Origin: the human T2T-CHM13v2.0 reference genome, Homo sapiens
NCBI RefSeq assembly: GCF_009914755.1
Contig: NC_060931.1
Length of the DNA: 64,000 nucleotides
Reading direction: 5' to 3' (one strand)
Shown: positions 12,901-27,900 of the stretch, piece by piece
Position numbering within the stretch: the stretch's first letter is position 1
Layout of the letters: each line of letters begins with the position of its first letter
Made by a program: the position numbers and the translations under genes
Notes under the pieces: model-generated
Databases searched by the model: none
What the model was told of the DNA's origin: nothing
What the model saw: only the letters and a program-made list of their open reading frames with translations

Positions 12901-15900
12901 AACTCACAGAGTGGAACGTCCCTTTGCACAGAGCAGATTTGAAACACTCTTTTTGTGGAGTTTGCAAGTGGAGATTTCAAGCGATTTGATGCCAACAGTA
13001 GAAAAGGAAATATCTTCAAATAAAAACTAGACAGAATCATTCTCAGAAACTACTTTGTGATGTGTGCCTTCAACTCACAGAGTTCAACCTTTCTTTTCTT
13101 AGAGCAGTTTAGAAACACTCTGCTTGTTATGTCTGCAAGTGGATATTTGGACCTCTTTGAGGCCTTCGTTGCAAACGGGGTTTCTTCCTTTCATGCTAGA
13201 CTAAGAAGAGTTCTCAGTAACTTTTTTGTGTTGTGTGTATTCAACTCACAGAGTTGAACCTTGCTTTAGAGAGAGCAGATTTGAAACACTCTTGCTGTGG
13301 CATTTTCAGGTGGAGATTTCAAGCGATTTGAGGACAATTGCAGAAAAGGAAATATCTTCGTATAATAACCAGACAGAATCATTCTCAGAAAGTGCTTTGT
13401 GATGTGTGCGTTCAACTCACAGAGTTTAACCTTTCTTTTCATAGAGGAGTTTGGAAACACACTGTTTGTAAAGTCTGCAAGTGGATATATGGACCTGTTT
13501 GAGGCCTTCGTTGGAAACGGGATTTCTTCATTGAATGCTAGACGGAAGAATTCTCAGTAAATTCTTTGTGTTGTGTGCATTCAACTCACAGAGTGGAACG
13601 TCCCTTTAGACAGAGCAGATTTGAAACCCTCTTTTTGCGGAATTTGCAAGTGGAGATTTCTAGCCATTTGATGCCAACAGTAGAAAGGGAAATATCTTCA
13701 AATAAAAACCAGACAGAATCATTCTCAGAAAATTCTTTGTGATGTGTGCGTTCAACTCACATAGTTTAACCTTTCTTTTCATAGAGCAGTTTGGAAACAC
13801 TCTGTTTGTAAAGTCTGCAAGTGGATATATGGACCGCATTGAGGCCTTCGTTGGAAACGGGATTTCTTCATTTCATGCTAGACAGAAGAATTCTCAGTAA
13901 CTTCTTTGTGCTGTGTGTATTCAACTCACAGAGTGGAACGTCCCTTTGCACAGAGCAGATTTGAAACACTCTTTTTGTGGAGTTTGCCAGTGGAGATTTC
14001 AAGCGATTTGATGCCAACAGTAGAAAAGGAAATATCTTCAAATAAAAACTAGACAGAATCATTCTCAGAAACTACTTTGTGATGTGTGCCTTCAACTCAC
14101 AGAGTTCAACCTTTCTTTTCTTAGAGCAGTTTAGAAACACTCTGCTTGTTATGTCTGCAAGTGGATATTTGGACCTCTTTGAGGCCTTCGTTGCAAACGG
14201 GGTTTCTTCCTTTCATGCTAGACTAAGAAGAGTTCTCAGTAACTTTTTTGTGTTGTGTGTATTCAACTCACAGAGTTGAACCTTGCTTTAGAGAGAGCAG
14301 ATTTGAAACACTCTTGTTGTGGCATTTTCAGGTGGAGATTTCAAGCGATTTGAGGACAATTGCAGAAAAGGAAATATCTTCGTATAATAACCAGACAGAA
14401 TCATTCTCAGAAAGTGCTTTGTGATGTGTGCGTTCAACTCACAGAGTTTAACCTTTCTTTTCATAGAGGAGTTTGGAAACACACTGTTTGTAAAGTCTGC
14501 AAGTGGATACATGGACCTGTTTGAGGCCTTCGTTGGAAACGGGATTTCTTCATTGAATGCTAGACGGAAGAATTCTCAGTAAATTCTTTGTGTTGTGTGC
14601 ATTGAACTCACAGAGTGGAACGTCCCTTTAGACAGAGCAGATTTGAAACACTCTTTTTGCGGAATTTGCAAGTGGAGATTTCTAGCCATTTGATGCCAAC
14701 AGTAGAAAGGGAAATATCTTCAAATAAAAACCAGACAGAATCATTCTCAGAAAATTCTTTGTGATGTGTGCGTTCAACTCACATAGTTTAACCTTTCTTT
14801 TCATAGAGCAGTTTGGAAACACTCTGTTTGTAAAGTCTGCAAGTGGATATATGGACCGCATTGAGGCCTTCGTTGGAAACGGGATTTCTTCATTTCATGC
14901 TAGACAGAAGAATTCTCAGTAACTTCTTTGTGCTGTGTGTATTCAACTCACAGAGTGGAACGTCCCTTTGCACAGAGCAGATTTGAAACACTCTTTTTGT
15001 GGAGTTTGCAAGTGGAGATTTCAAGCGATTTGATGCCAACAGTAGAAAAGGAAATATCTTCAAATAAAAACTAGACAGAATCATTCTCAGAAACTACTTT
15101 GTGATGTGTGCCTTCAACTCACAGAGTTCAACCTTTCTTTTCTTAGAGCAGTTTAGAAACACTCTGCTTGTTATGTCTGCAAGTGGATATTTGGACCTCT
15201 TTGAGGCCTTCGTTGCAAACGGGGTTTCTTCCTTTCATGCTAGACTAAGAAGAGTTCTCAGTAACTTTTTTGTGTTGTGTGTATTCAACTCACAGAGTTG
15301 AACCTTGCTTTAGAGAGAGCAGATTTGAAACACTCTTGCTGTGGCATTTTCAGGTGGAGATTTCAAGCGATTTGAGGACAATTGCAGAAAAGGAAATATC
15401 TTCGTATAATAACCAGACAGAATCATTCTCAGAAAGTGCTTTGTGATGTGTGCGTTCAACTCACAGAGTTTAACCTTTCTTTTCATAGAGGAGTTTGGAA
15501 ACACACTGTTTGTAAAGTCTGCAAGTGGATACATGGACCTGTTTGAGGCCTTCGTTGGAAACGGGATTTCTTCATTGAATGCTAGACGGAAGAATTCTCA
15601 GTAAATTCTTTGTGTTGTGTGCATTCAACTCACAGAGTGGAACGTCCCTTTAGACAGAGCAGATTTGAAACACTCTTTTTGCGGAATTTGCAAGTGGAGA
15701 TTTCTAGCCATTTGATGCCAACAGTAGAAAGGGAAATATCTTCAAATAAAAACCAGACAGAATCATTCTCAGAAAATTCTTTGTGATGTGTGCGTTCAAC
15801 TCACATAGTTTAACCTTTCTTTTCATAGAGCAGTTTGGAAACACTCTGTTTGTAAAGTCTGCAAGTGGATATATGGACCGCATTGAGGCCTTCGTTGGAA

Positions 15901-18900
15901 ACGGGATTTCTTCATTTCATGCTAGACAGAAGAATTCTCAGTAACTTCTTTGTGCTGTGTGTATTCAACTCACAGAGTGGAACGTCCCTTTGCACAGAGC
16001 AGATTTGAAACACTCTTTTTGTGGAGTTTGCAAGTGGAGATTTCAAGCGATTTGATGCCAACAGTAGAAAAGGAAATATCTTCAAATAAAAACTAGACAG
16101 AATCATTCTCAGAAACTACTTTGTGATGTGTGCCTTCAACTCACAGAGTTCAACCTTTCTTTTCTTAGAGCAGTTTAGAAACACTCTGCTTGTTATGTCT
16201 GCAAGTGGATATTTGGACCTCTTTGAGGCCTTCGTTGCAAACGGGGTTTCTTCCTTTCATGCTAGACTAAGAAGAGTTCTCAGTAACTTTTTTGTGTTGT
16301 GTGTATTCAACTCACAGAGTTGAACCTTGCTTTAGAGAGAGCAGATTTGAAACACTCTTGCTGTGGCATTTTCAGGTGGAGATTTCAAGCGATTTGAGGA
16401 CAATTGCAGAAAAGGAAATATCTTCGTATAATAACCAGACAGAATCATTCTCAGAAAGTGCTTTGTGATGTGTGCGTTCAACTCACAGAGTTTAACCTTT
16501 CTTTTCATAGAGGAGTTTGGAAACACACTGTTTGTAAAGTCTGCAAGTGGATATATGGACCTGTTTGAGGCCTTCGTTGGAAACGGGATTTCTTCATTGA
16601 ATGCTAGACGGAAGAATTCTCAGTAAATTCTTTGTGTTGTGTGCATTCAACTCACAGAGTGGAACGTCCCTTTAGACAGAGCAGATTTGAAACCCTCTTT
16701 TTGCGGAATTTGCAAGTGGAGATTTCTAGCCATTTGATGCCAACAGTAGAAAGGGAAATATCTTCAAATAAAAACCAGACAGAATCATTCTCAGAAAATT
16801 CTTTGTGATGTGTGCGTTCAACTCACATAGTTTAACCTTTCTTTTCATAGAGCAGTTTGGAAACACTCTGTTTGTAAAGTCTGCAAGTGGATATATGGAC
16901 CGCATTGAGGCCTTCGTTGGAAACGGGATTTCTTCATTTCATGCTAGACAGAAGAATTCTCAGTAACTTCTTTGTGCTGTGTGTATTCAACTCACAGAGT
17001 GGAACGTCCCTTTACACAGAGCAGATTTGAAACACTCTTTTTGTGGAGTTTGCAAGTGGAGATTTCAAGCGATTTGATGCCAACAGTAGAAAAGGAAATA
17101 TCTTCAAATAAAAACTAGACAGAATCATTCTCAGAAACTACTTTGTGATGTGTGCCTTCAACTCACAGAGTTTAACCTTTCTTTTCTTAGAGCAGTTTAG
17201 AAACACTCTGCTTGTTACGTCTGTAAGTGGATATTTGGACCTCTTTGAGGCCTTCGTTGCAAACGGGGTTTCTTCCTTTCATGCTAGACTAAGAAGAGTT
17301 CTCAGTAACTTTTTTGTGTTGTGTGTATTCAACTCACAGAGTTGAACCTTGCTTTAGAGAGAGCAGATTTGAAACACTCTTGCTGTGGCATTTTCAGGTG
17401 GAGATTTCAAGCGATTTGAGGACAATTGCAGAAAAGGAAATATCTTCGTATAATAACCAGACAGAATCATTCTCAGAAAGTGCTTTGTGATGTGTGCGTT
17501 CAACTCACAGAGTTTAACCTTTCTTTTCATAGAGGAGTTTGGAAACACACTGTTTGTAAAGTCTGCAAGTGGATATATGGACCTGTTTGAGGCCTTCGTT
17601 GGAAACGGGATTTCTTCATTGAATGCTAGACGGAAGAATTCTCAGTAAATTCTTTGTGTTGTGTGCATTCAACTCGCAGAGTGGAACGTCCCTTTAGACA
17701 GAGCAGATTTGAAACACTCTTTTTGCGGAATTTGCAAGTGGAGATTTCTAGCCATTTGATGCCAACAGTAGAAAGGGAAATATCTTCAAATAAAAACCAG
17801 ACAGAATCATTCTCAGAAAATTCTTTGTGATGTGTGCGTTCAACTCACATAGTTTAACCTTTCTTTTCATAGAGCAGTTTGGAAACACTCTGTTTGTAAA
17901 GTCTGCAAGTGGATATATGGACCGCATTGAGGCCTTCGTTGGAAACGGGATTTCTTCATTTCATGCTAGACAGAAGAATTCTCAGTAACTTCTTTGTGCT
18001 GTGTGTATTCAACTCACAGAGTGGAACGTCCCTTTGCACAGAGCAGATTTGAAACACTCTTTTTGTGGAGTTTGCAAGTGGAGATTTCAAGCGATTTGAT
18101 GCCTACAGTAGAAAAGGAAATATCTTCAAATAAAAAGTAGACAGAATCATTCTCAGAAACTACTTTGTGATGTGTGCCTTCAACTCACAGAGTTTAACCT
18201 TTCTTTTCTTAGAGCAGTTTAGAAACACTCTGCTTGTTATGTCTGCAAGTGGATATTTGGACCTCTTTGAGGCCTTCGTTGCAAACGGGGTTTCTTCCTT
18301 TCATGCTAGACTAAGAAGAGTTCTCAGTAACTTTTTTGTGTTGTGTGTATTCAACTCACAGAGTTGAACCTTGCTTTAGAGAGAGCAGATTTGAAACACT
18401 CTTGCTGTGGCATTTTCAGGTGGAGATTTCAAGCGATTTGAGGACAATTGCAGAAAAGGAAATATCTTCGTATAATAACCAGACAGAATCATTCTCAGAA
18501 AGTGCTTTGTGATGTGTGCGTTCAACTCACAGAGTTTAACCTTTCTTTTCATAGAGGAGTTTGGAAACACACTGTTTGTAAAGTCTGCAAGTGGATATAT
18601 GGACCTGTTTGAGGCCTTCGTTGGAAACGGGATTTCTTCATTGAATGCTAGACGGAAGAATTCTCAGTAAATTCTTTGTGTTGTGTGCATTCAACTCACA
18701 GAGTGGAACGTCCCTTTAGACAGAGCAGATTTGAAACCCTCTTTGTGCGGAATTTGCAAGTGGAGATTTCTAGCCATTTGATGCCAACAGTAGAAAGGGA
18801 AATATCTTCAAATAAAAACCAGACAGAATCATTCTCAGCAAATTCTTTGTGATGTGTGCGTTCAACTCACATAGTTTAACCTTTCTTTTCATAGAGCAGT

Positions 18901-21900
18901 TTGGAAACACTCTGTTTGTAAAGTCTGCAAGTGGATATATGGACCGCATTGAGGCCTTCGTTGGAAACGGGATTTCTTCATTTCATGCTAGACAGAAGAA
19001 TTCTCAGTAACTTCTTTGTGCTGTGTGTATTCAACTCACAGAGTGGAACGTCCCTTTGCACAGAGCAGATTTGAAACACTCTTTTTGTGGAGTTTGCAAG
19101 TGGAGATTTCAAGCGATTTGATGCCAACAGTAGAAAAGGAAATATCTTCAAATAAAAACTAGACAGAATCATTCTCAGAAACTACTTTGTGATGTGTGCC
19201 TTCAACTCACAGAGTTCAACCTTTCTTTTCTTAGAGCAGTTTAGAAACACTCTGCTTGTTATGTCTGCAAGTGGATATTTGGACCTCTTTGAGGCCTTCG
19301 TTGCAAACGGGGTTTCTTCCTTTCATGCTAGACTAAGAAGAGTTCTCAGTAACTTTTTTGTGTTGTGTGTATTCAACTCACAGAGTTGAACCTTGCTTTA
19401 GAGAGAGCAGATTTGAAACACTCTTGCTGTGGCATTTTCAGGTGGAGATTTCAAGCGATTTGAGGACAATTGCAGAAAAGGAAATATCTTCGTATAATAA
19501 CCAGACAGAATCATTCTCAGAAAGTGCTTTGTGATGTGTGCGTTCAACTCACAGAGTTTAACCTTTCTTTTCATAGAGGAGTTTGGAAACACACTGTTTG
19601 TAAAGTCTGCAAGTGGATATATGGACCTGTTTGAGGCCTTCGTTGGAAACGGGATTTCTTCATTGAATGCTAGACGGAAGAATTCTCAGTAAATTCTTTG
19701 TGTTGTGTGCATTCAACTCACAGAGTGGAACGTCCCTTTAGACAGAGCAGATTTGAAACACTCTTTTTGCGGAATTTGCAAGTGGAGATTTCTAGCCATT
19801 TGATGCCAACAGTAGAAAGGGAAATATCTTCAAATAAAAACCAGACAGAATCATTCTCAGAAAATTCTTTGTGATGTGTGCGTTCAACTCACATAGTTTA
19901 ACCTTTCTTTTCATAGAGCAGTTTGGAAACACTCTGTTTGTAAAGTCTGCAAGTGGATATATGGACCGCATTGAGGCCTTCGTTGGAAACGGGATTTCTT
20001 CATTTCATGCTAGACAGAAGAATTCTCAGTAACTTCTTTGTGCTGTGTGTATTCAACTCACAGAGTGGAACGTCCCTTTGCACAGAGCAGATTTGAAACA
20101 CTCTTTTTGTGGAGTTTGCAAGTGGAGATTTCAAGCGATTTGATGCCAACAGTAGAAAAGGAAATATCTTCAAATAAAAACTAGACAGAATCATTCTCAG
20201 AAACTACTTTGTGATGTGTGCCTTCAACTCACAGAGTTCAACCTTTCTTTTCTTAGAGCAGTTTAGAAACACTCTGCTTGTTATGTCTGCAAGTGGATAT
20301 TTGGACCTCTTTGAGGCCTTCGTTGCAAACGGGGTTTCTTCCTTTCATGCTAGACTAAGAAGAGTTCTCAGTAACTTTTTTGTGTTGTGTGTATTCAACT
20401 CACAGAGTTGAACCTTGCTTTAGAGAGAGCAGATTTGAAACACTCTTGCTGTGGCATTTTCAGGTGGAGATTTCAAGCGATTTGAGGACAATTGCAGAAA
20501 AGGAAATATCTTCGTATAATAACCAGACAGAATCATTCTCAGAAAGTGCTTTGTGATGTGTGCGTTCAACTCACAGAGTTTAACCTTTCTTTTCATAGAG
20601 GAGTTTGGAAACACACTGTTTGTAAAGTCTGCAAGTGGATATATGGACCTGTTTGAGGCCTTCGTTGGAAACGGGATTTCTTCATTGAATGCTAGACGGA
20701 AGAATTCTCAGTAAATTCTTTGTGTTGTGTGCATTCAACTCACAGAGTGGAACGTCCCTTTAGACAGAGCAGATTTGAAACACTCTTTTTGCGGAATTTG
20801 CAAGTGGAGATTTCTAGCCATTTGATGCCAACAGTAGAAAGGGAAATATCTTCAAATAAAAACCAGACAGAATCATTCTCAGAAAATGCTTTGTGATATG
20901 TGCGTTCAACTCACATAGTTTAACCTTTCTTTTCATAGAGCAGTTTGGAAACACTCTGTTTGTAAAGTCTGCAAGTGGATATATGGACCGCATTGAGGCC
21001 TTCGTTGGAAACGGGATTTCTTCATTTCATGCTAGACAGAAGAATTCTCAGTAACTTCTTTGTGCTGTGTGTATTCAACTCACAGAGTGGAACGTCCCTT
21101 TGCACAGAGCAGATTTGAAACACTCTTTTTGTGGAGTTTGCAAGTGGAGATTTCAAGCGATTTGATGCCAACAGTAGAAAAGGAAATATCTTCAAATAAA
21201 AACTAGACAGAATCATTCTCAGAAACTACTTTGTGATGTGTGCCTTCAACTCACAGAGTTCAACCTTTCTTTTCTTAGAGCAGTTTAGAAACACTCTGCT
21301 TGTTATGTCTGCAAGTGGATATTTGGACCTCTTTGAGGCCTTCGTTGCAAACGGGGTTTCTTCCTTTCATGCTAGACTAAGAAGAGTTCTCAGTAACTTT
21401 TTTGTGTTGTGTGTATTCAACTCACAGAGTTGAACCTTGCTTTAGAGAGAGCAGATTTGAAACACTCTTGTTGTGGCATTTTCAGGTGGAGATTTCAAGC
21501 GATTTGAGGACAATTGCAGAAAAGGAAATATCTTCGTATAATAACCAGACAGAATCATTCTCAGAAAGTGCTTTGTGATGTGTGCGTTCAACTCACAGAG
21601 TTTAACCTTTCTTTTCATAGAGGAGTTTGGAAACACACTGTTTGTAAAGTCTGCAAGTGGATATATGGACCTGTTTGAGGCCTTCGTTGGAAACGGGATT
21701 TCTTCATTGAATGCTAGACGGAAGAATTCTCAGTAAATTCTTTGTGTTGTGTGCATTCAACTCACAGAGTGGAACGTCCCTTTAGACAGAGCAGATTTGA
21801 AACACTCTTTTTGCGGAATTTGCAAGTGGAGATTTCTAGCCATTTGATGCCAACAGTAGAAAGGGAAATATCTTCAAATAAAAACCAGACAGAATCATTC

Positions 21901-24900
21901 TCAGAAAATTCTTTGTGATGTGTGCGTTCAACTCACATAGTTTAACCTTTCTTTTCATAGAGCAGTTTGGAAACACTCTGTTTGTAAAGTCTGCAAGTGG
22001 ATATATGGACCGCATTGAGGCCTTCGTTGGAAACGGGATTTCTTCATTTCATGCTAGACAGAAGAATTCTCAGTAACTTCTTTGTGCTGTGTGTATTCAA
22101 CTCACAGAGTGGAACGTCCCTTTGCACAGAGCAGATTTGAAACACTCTTTTTGTGGAGTTTGCAAGTGGAGATTTCAAGCGATTTGATGCCAACAGTAGA
22201 AAAGGAAATATCTTCAAATAAAAACTAGACAGAATCATTCTCAGAAACTACTTTGTGATGTGTGCCTTCAACTCACAGAGTTCAACCTTTCTTTTCTTAG
22301 AGCAGTTTAGAAACACTCTGCTTGTTATGTCTGCAAGTGGATATTTGGACCTCTTTGAGGCCTTCGTTGCAAACGGGGTTTCTTCCTTTCATGCTAGACT
22401 AAGAAGAGTTCTCAGTAACTTTTTTGTGTTGTGTGTATTCAACTCACAGAGTTGAACCTTGCTTTAGAGAGAGCAGATTTGAAACACTCTTGCTGTGGCA
22501 TTTTCAGGTGGAGATTTCAAGCGATTTGAGGACAATTGCAGAAAAGGAAATATCTTCGTATAATAACCAGACAGAATCATTCTCAGAAAGTGCTTTGTGA
22601 TGTGTGCGTTCAACTCACAGAGTTTAACCTTTCTTTTCATAGAGGAGTTTGGAAACACACTGTTTGTAAAGTCTGCAAGTGGATATATGGACCTGTTTGA
22701 GGCCTTCGTTGGAAACGGGATTTCTTCATTGAATGCTAGACGGAAGAATTCTCAGTAAATTCTTTGTGTTGTGTGCATTCAACTCACAGAGTGGAACGTC
22801 CCTTTAGACAGAGCAGATTTGAAACCCTCTTTTTGCGGAATTTGCAAGTGGAGATTTCTAGCCATTTGATGCCAACAGTAGAAAGGGAAATATCTTCAAA
22901 TAAAAACCAGACAGAATCATTCTCAGAAAATTCTTTGTGATGTGTGCGTTCAACTCACATAGTTTAACCTTTCTTTTCATAGAGCAGTTTGGAAACACTC
23001 TGTTTGTAAAGTCTGCAAGTGGATATATGGACCGCATTGAGGCCTTCGTTGGAAACGGGATTTCTTCATTTCATGCTAGACAGAAGAATTCTCAGTAACT
23101 TCTTTGTGCTGTGTGTATTCAACTCACAGAGTGGAACGTCCCTTTGCACAGAGCAGATTTGAAACACTCTTTTTGTGGAGTTTGCAAGTGGAGATTTCAA
23201 GCGATTTCATGCCAACAGTAGAAAAGGAAATATCTTCAAATAAAAACTAGACAGAATCATTCTCAGAAACTACTTTGTGATGTGTGCCTTCAACTCACAG
23301 AGTTCAACCTTTCTTTTCTTAGAGCAGTTTAGAAACACTCTGCTTGTTATGTCTGCAAGTGGATATTTGGACCTCTTTGAGGCCTTCGTTGCAAACGGGG
23401 TTTCTTCCTTTCATGCTAGACTAAGAAGAGTTCTCAGTAACTTTTTTGTGTTGTGTGTATTCAACTCACAGAGTTGAACCTTGCTTTAGAGAGAGCAGAT
23501 TTGAAACACTCTTGCTGTGGCATTTTCAGGTGGAGATTTCAAGCGATTTGAGGACAATTGCAGAAAAGGAAATATCTTCGTATAATAACCAGACAGAATC
23601 ATTCTCAGAAAGTGCTTTGTGATGTGTGCGTTCAACTCACAGAGTTTAACCTTTCTTTTCATAGAGGAGTTTGGAAACACACTGTTTGTAAAGTCTGCAA
23701 GTGGATATATGGACCTGTTTGAGGCCTTCGTTGGAAACGGGATTTCTTCATTGAATGCTAGACGGAAGAATTCTCAGTAAATTCTTTGTGTTGTGTGCAT
23801 TCAACTCACAGAGTGGAACGTCCCTTTAGACAGAGCAGATTTGAAACACTCTTTTTGCGGAATTTGCAAGTGGAGATTTCTAGCCATTTGATGCCAACAG
23901 TAGAAAGGGAAATATCTTCAAATAAAAACCAGACAGAATCATTCTCAGAAAATACTTTGTGATATGTGCGTTCAACTCACATAGTTTAACCTTTCTTTTC
24001 ATAGAGCAGTTTGGAAACACTCTGTTTGTAAAGTCTGCAAGTGGATATATGGACCGCATTGAGGCCTTCGTTGGAAACGGGATTTCTTCATTTCATGCTA
24101 GACAGAAGAATTCTCAGTAACTTCTTTGTGCTGTGTGTATTCAACTCACAGAGTGGAACGTCCCTTTGCACAGAGCAGATTTGAAACACTCTTTTTGTGG
24201 AGTTTGCCAGTGGAGATTTCAAGCGATTTGATGCCAACAGTAGAAAAGGAAATATCTTCAAATAAAAACTAGACAGAATCATTCTCAGAAACTACTTTGT
24301 GATGTGTGCCTTCAACTCACAGAGTTCAACCTTTCTTTTCTTAGAGCAGTTTAGAAACACTCAGCTTGTTATGTCTGCAAGTGGATATTTGGACCTCTTT
24401 GAGGCCTTCGTTGCAAACGGGGTTTCTTCCTTTCATGCTAGACTAAGAAGAGTTCTCAGTAACTTTTTTGTGTTGTGTGTATTCAACTCACAGAGTTGAA
24501 CCTTGCTTTAGAGAGAGCAGATTTGAAACACTCTTGTTGTGGCATTTTCAGGTGGAGATTTCAAGCGATTTGAGGACAATTGCAGAAAAGGAAATATCTT
24601 CGTATAATAACCAGACAGAATCATTCTCAGAAAGTGCTTTGTGATGTGTGCGTTCAACTCACAGAGTTTAACCTTTCTTTTCATAGAGGAGTTTGGAAAC
24701 ACACTGTTTGTAAAGTCTGCAAGTGGATACATGGACCTGTTTGAGGCCTTCGTTGGAAACGGGATTTCTTCATTGAATGCTAGACGGAAGAATTCTCAGT
24801 AAATTCTTTGTGTTGTGTGCATTCAACTCACAGAGTGGAACGTCCCTTTAGACAGAGCAGATTTGAAACACTCTTTTTGCGGAATTTGCAAGTGGAGATT

Positions 24901-27900
24901 TCTAGCCATTTGATGCCAACAGTAGAAAGGGAAATATCTTCAAATAAAAACCAGACAGAATCATTCTCAGAAAATTCTTTGTGATGTGTGCGTTCAACTC
25001 ACATAGTTTAACCTTTCTTTTCATAGAGCAGTTTGGAAACACTCTGTTTGTAAAGTCTGCAAGTGGATATATGGACCGCATTGAGGCCTTCGTTGGAAAC
25101 GGGATTTCTTCATTTCATGCTAGACAGAAGAATTCTCAGTAACTTCTTTGTGCTGTGTGTATTCAACTCACAGAGTGGAACGTCCCTTTGCACAGAGCAG
25201 ATTTGAAACACTCTTTTTGTGGAGTTTGCCAGTGGAGATTTCAAGCGATTTGATGCCAACAGTAGAAAAGGAAATATCTTCAAATAAAAACTAGACAGAA
25301 TCATTCTCAGAAACTACTTTGTGATGTGTGCCTTCAACTCACAGAGTTCAACCTTTCTTTTCTTAGAGCAGTTTAGAAACACTCTGCTTGTTATGTCTGC
25401 AAGTGGATATTTGGACCTCTTTGAGGCCTTCGTTGCAAACGGGGTTTCTTCCTTTCATGCTAGACTAAGAAGAGTTCTCAGTAACTTTTTTGTGTTGTGT
25501 GTATTCAACTCACAGAGTTGAACCTTGCTTTAGAGAGAGCAGATTTGAAACACTCTTGTTGTGGCATTTTCAGGTGGAGATTTCAAGCGATTTGAGGACA
25601 ATTGCAGAAAAGGAAATATCTTCGTATAATAACCAGACAGAATCATTCTCAGAAAGTGCTTTGTGATGTGTGCGTTCAACTCACAGAGTTTAACCTTTCT
25701 TTTCATAGAGGAGTTTGGAAACACACTGTTTGTAAAGTCTGCAAGTGGATACATGGACCTGTTTGAGGCCTTCGTTGGAAACGGGATTTCTTCATTGAAT
25801 GCTAGACGGAAGAATTCTCAGTAAATTCTTTGTGTTGTGTGCATTCAACTCACAGAGTGGAACGTCCCTTTAGACAGAGCAGATTTGAAACACTCTTTTT
25901 GCGGAATTTGCAAGTGGAGATTTCTAGCCATTTGATGCCAACAGTAGAAAGGGAAATATCTTCAAATAAAAACCAGACAGAATCATTCTCAGAAAATTCT
26001 TTGTGATGTGTGCGTTCAACTCACATAGTTTAACCTTTCTTTTCATAGAGCAGTTTGGAAACACTCTGTTTGTAAAGTCTGCAAGTGGATATATGGACCG
26101 CATTGAGGCCTTCGTTGGAAACGGGATTTCTTCATTTCATGCTAGACAGAAGAATTCTCAGTAACTTCTTTGTGCTGTGTGTATTCAACTCACAGAGTGG
26201 AACGTCCCTTTGCACAGAGCAGATTTGAAACACTCTTTTTGTGGAGTTTGCAAGTGGAGATTTCAAGCGATTTGATGCCAACAGTAGAAAAGGAAATATC
26301 TTCAAATAAAAACTAGACAGAATCATTCTCAGAAACTACTTTGTGATGTGTGCCTTCAACTCACAGAGTTCAACCTTTCTTTTCTTAGAGCAGTTTAGAA
26401 ACACTCTGCTTGTTATGTCTGCAAGTGGATATTTGGACCTCTTTGAGGCCTTCGTTGCAAACGGGGTTTCTTCCTTTCATGCTAGACTAAGAAGAGTTCT
26501 CAGTAACTTTTTTGTGTTGTGTGTATTCAACTCACAGAGTTGAACCTTGCTTTAGAGAGAGCAGATTTGAAACACTCTTGCTGTGGCATTTTCAGGTGGA
26601 GATTTCAAGCGATTTGAGGACAATTGCAGAAAAGGAAATATCTTCGTATAATAACCAGACAGAATCATTCTCAGAAAGTGCTTTGTGATGTGTGCGTTCA
26701 ACTCACAGAGTTTAACCTTTCTTTTCATAGAGGAGTTTGGAAACACACTGTTTGTAAAGTCTGCAAGTGGATACATGGACCTGTTTGAGGCCTTCGTTGG
26801 AAACGGGATTTCTTCATTGAATGCTAGACGGAAGAATTCTCAGTAAATTCTTTGTGTTGTGTGCATTCAACTCACAGAGTGGAACGTCCCTTTAGACAGA
26901 GCAGATTTGAAACACTCTTTTTGCGGAATTTGCAAGTGGAGATTTCTAGCCATTTGATGCCAACAGTAGAAAGGGAAATATCTTCAAATAAAAACCAGAC
27001 AGAATCATCCTCAGAAAATTCTTTGTGATGTGTGCGTTCAACTCACATAGTTTAACCTTTCTTTTCATAGAGCAGTTTGGAAACACTCTGTTTGTAAAGT
27101 CTGCAAGTGGATATATGGACCGCATTGAGGCCTTCGTTGGAAACGGGATTTCTTCATTTCATGCTAGACAGAAGAATTCTCAGTAACTTCTTTGTGCTGT
27201 GTGTATTCAACTCACAGAGTGGAACGTCCCTTTGCACAGAGCAGATTTGAAACACTCTTTTTGTGGAGTTTGCAAGTGGAGATTTCAAGCGATTTGATGC
27301 CAACAGTAGAAAAGGAAATATCTTCAAATAAAAACTAGACAGAATCATTCTCAGAAACTACTTTGTGATGTGTGCCTTCAACTCACAGAGTTCAACCTTT
27401 CTTTTCTTAGAGCAGTTTAGAAACACTCTGCTTGTTATGTCTGCAAGTGGATATTTGGACCTCTTTGAGGCCTTCGTTGCAAACGGGGTTTCTTCCTTTC
27501 ATGCTAGACTAAGAAGAGTTCTCAGTAACTTTTTTGTGTTGTGTGTATTCAACTCACAGAGTTGAACCTTGCTTTAGAGAGAGCAGATTTGAAACACTCT
27601 TGCTGTGGCATTTTCAGGTGGAGATTTCAAGCGATTTGAGGACAATTGCAGAAAAGGAAATATCTTCGTATAATAACCAGACAGAATCATTCTCAGAAAG
27701 TGCTTTGTGATGTGTGCGTTCAACTCACAGAGTTTAACCTTTCTTTTCATAGAGGAGTTTGGAAACACACTGTTTGTAAAGTCTGCAAGTGGATATATGG
27801 ACCTGTTTGAGGCCTTCGTTGGAAACGGGATTTCTTCATTGAATGCTAGACGGAAGAATTCTCAGTAAATTCTTTGTGTTGTGTGCATTCAACTCACAGA

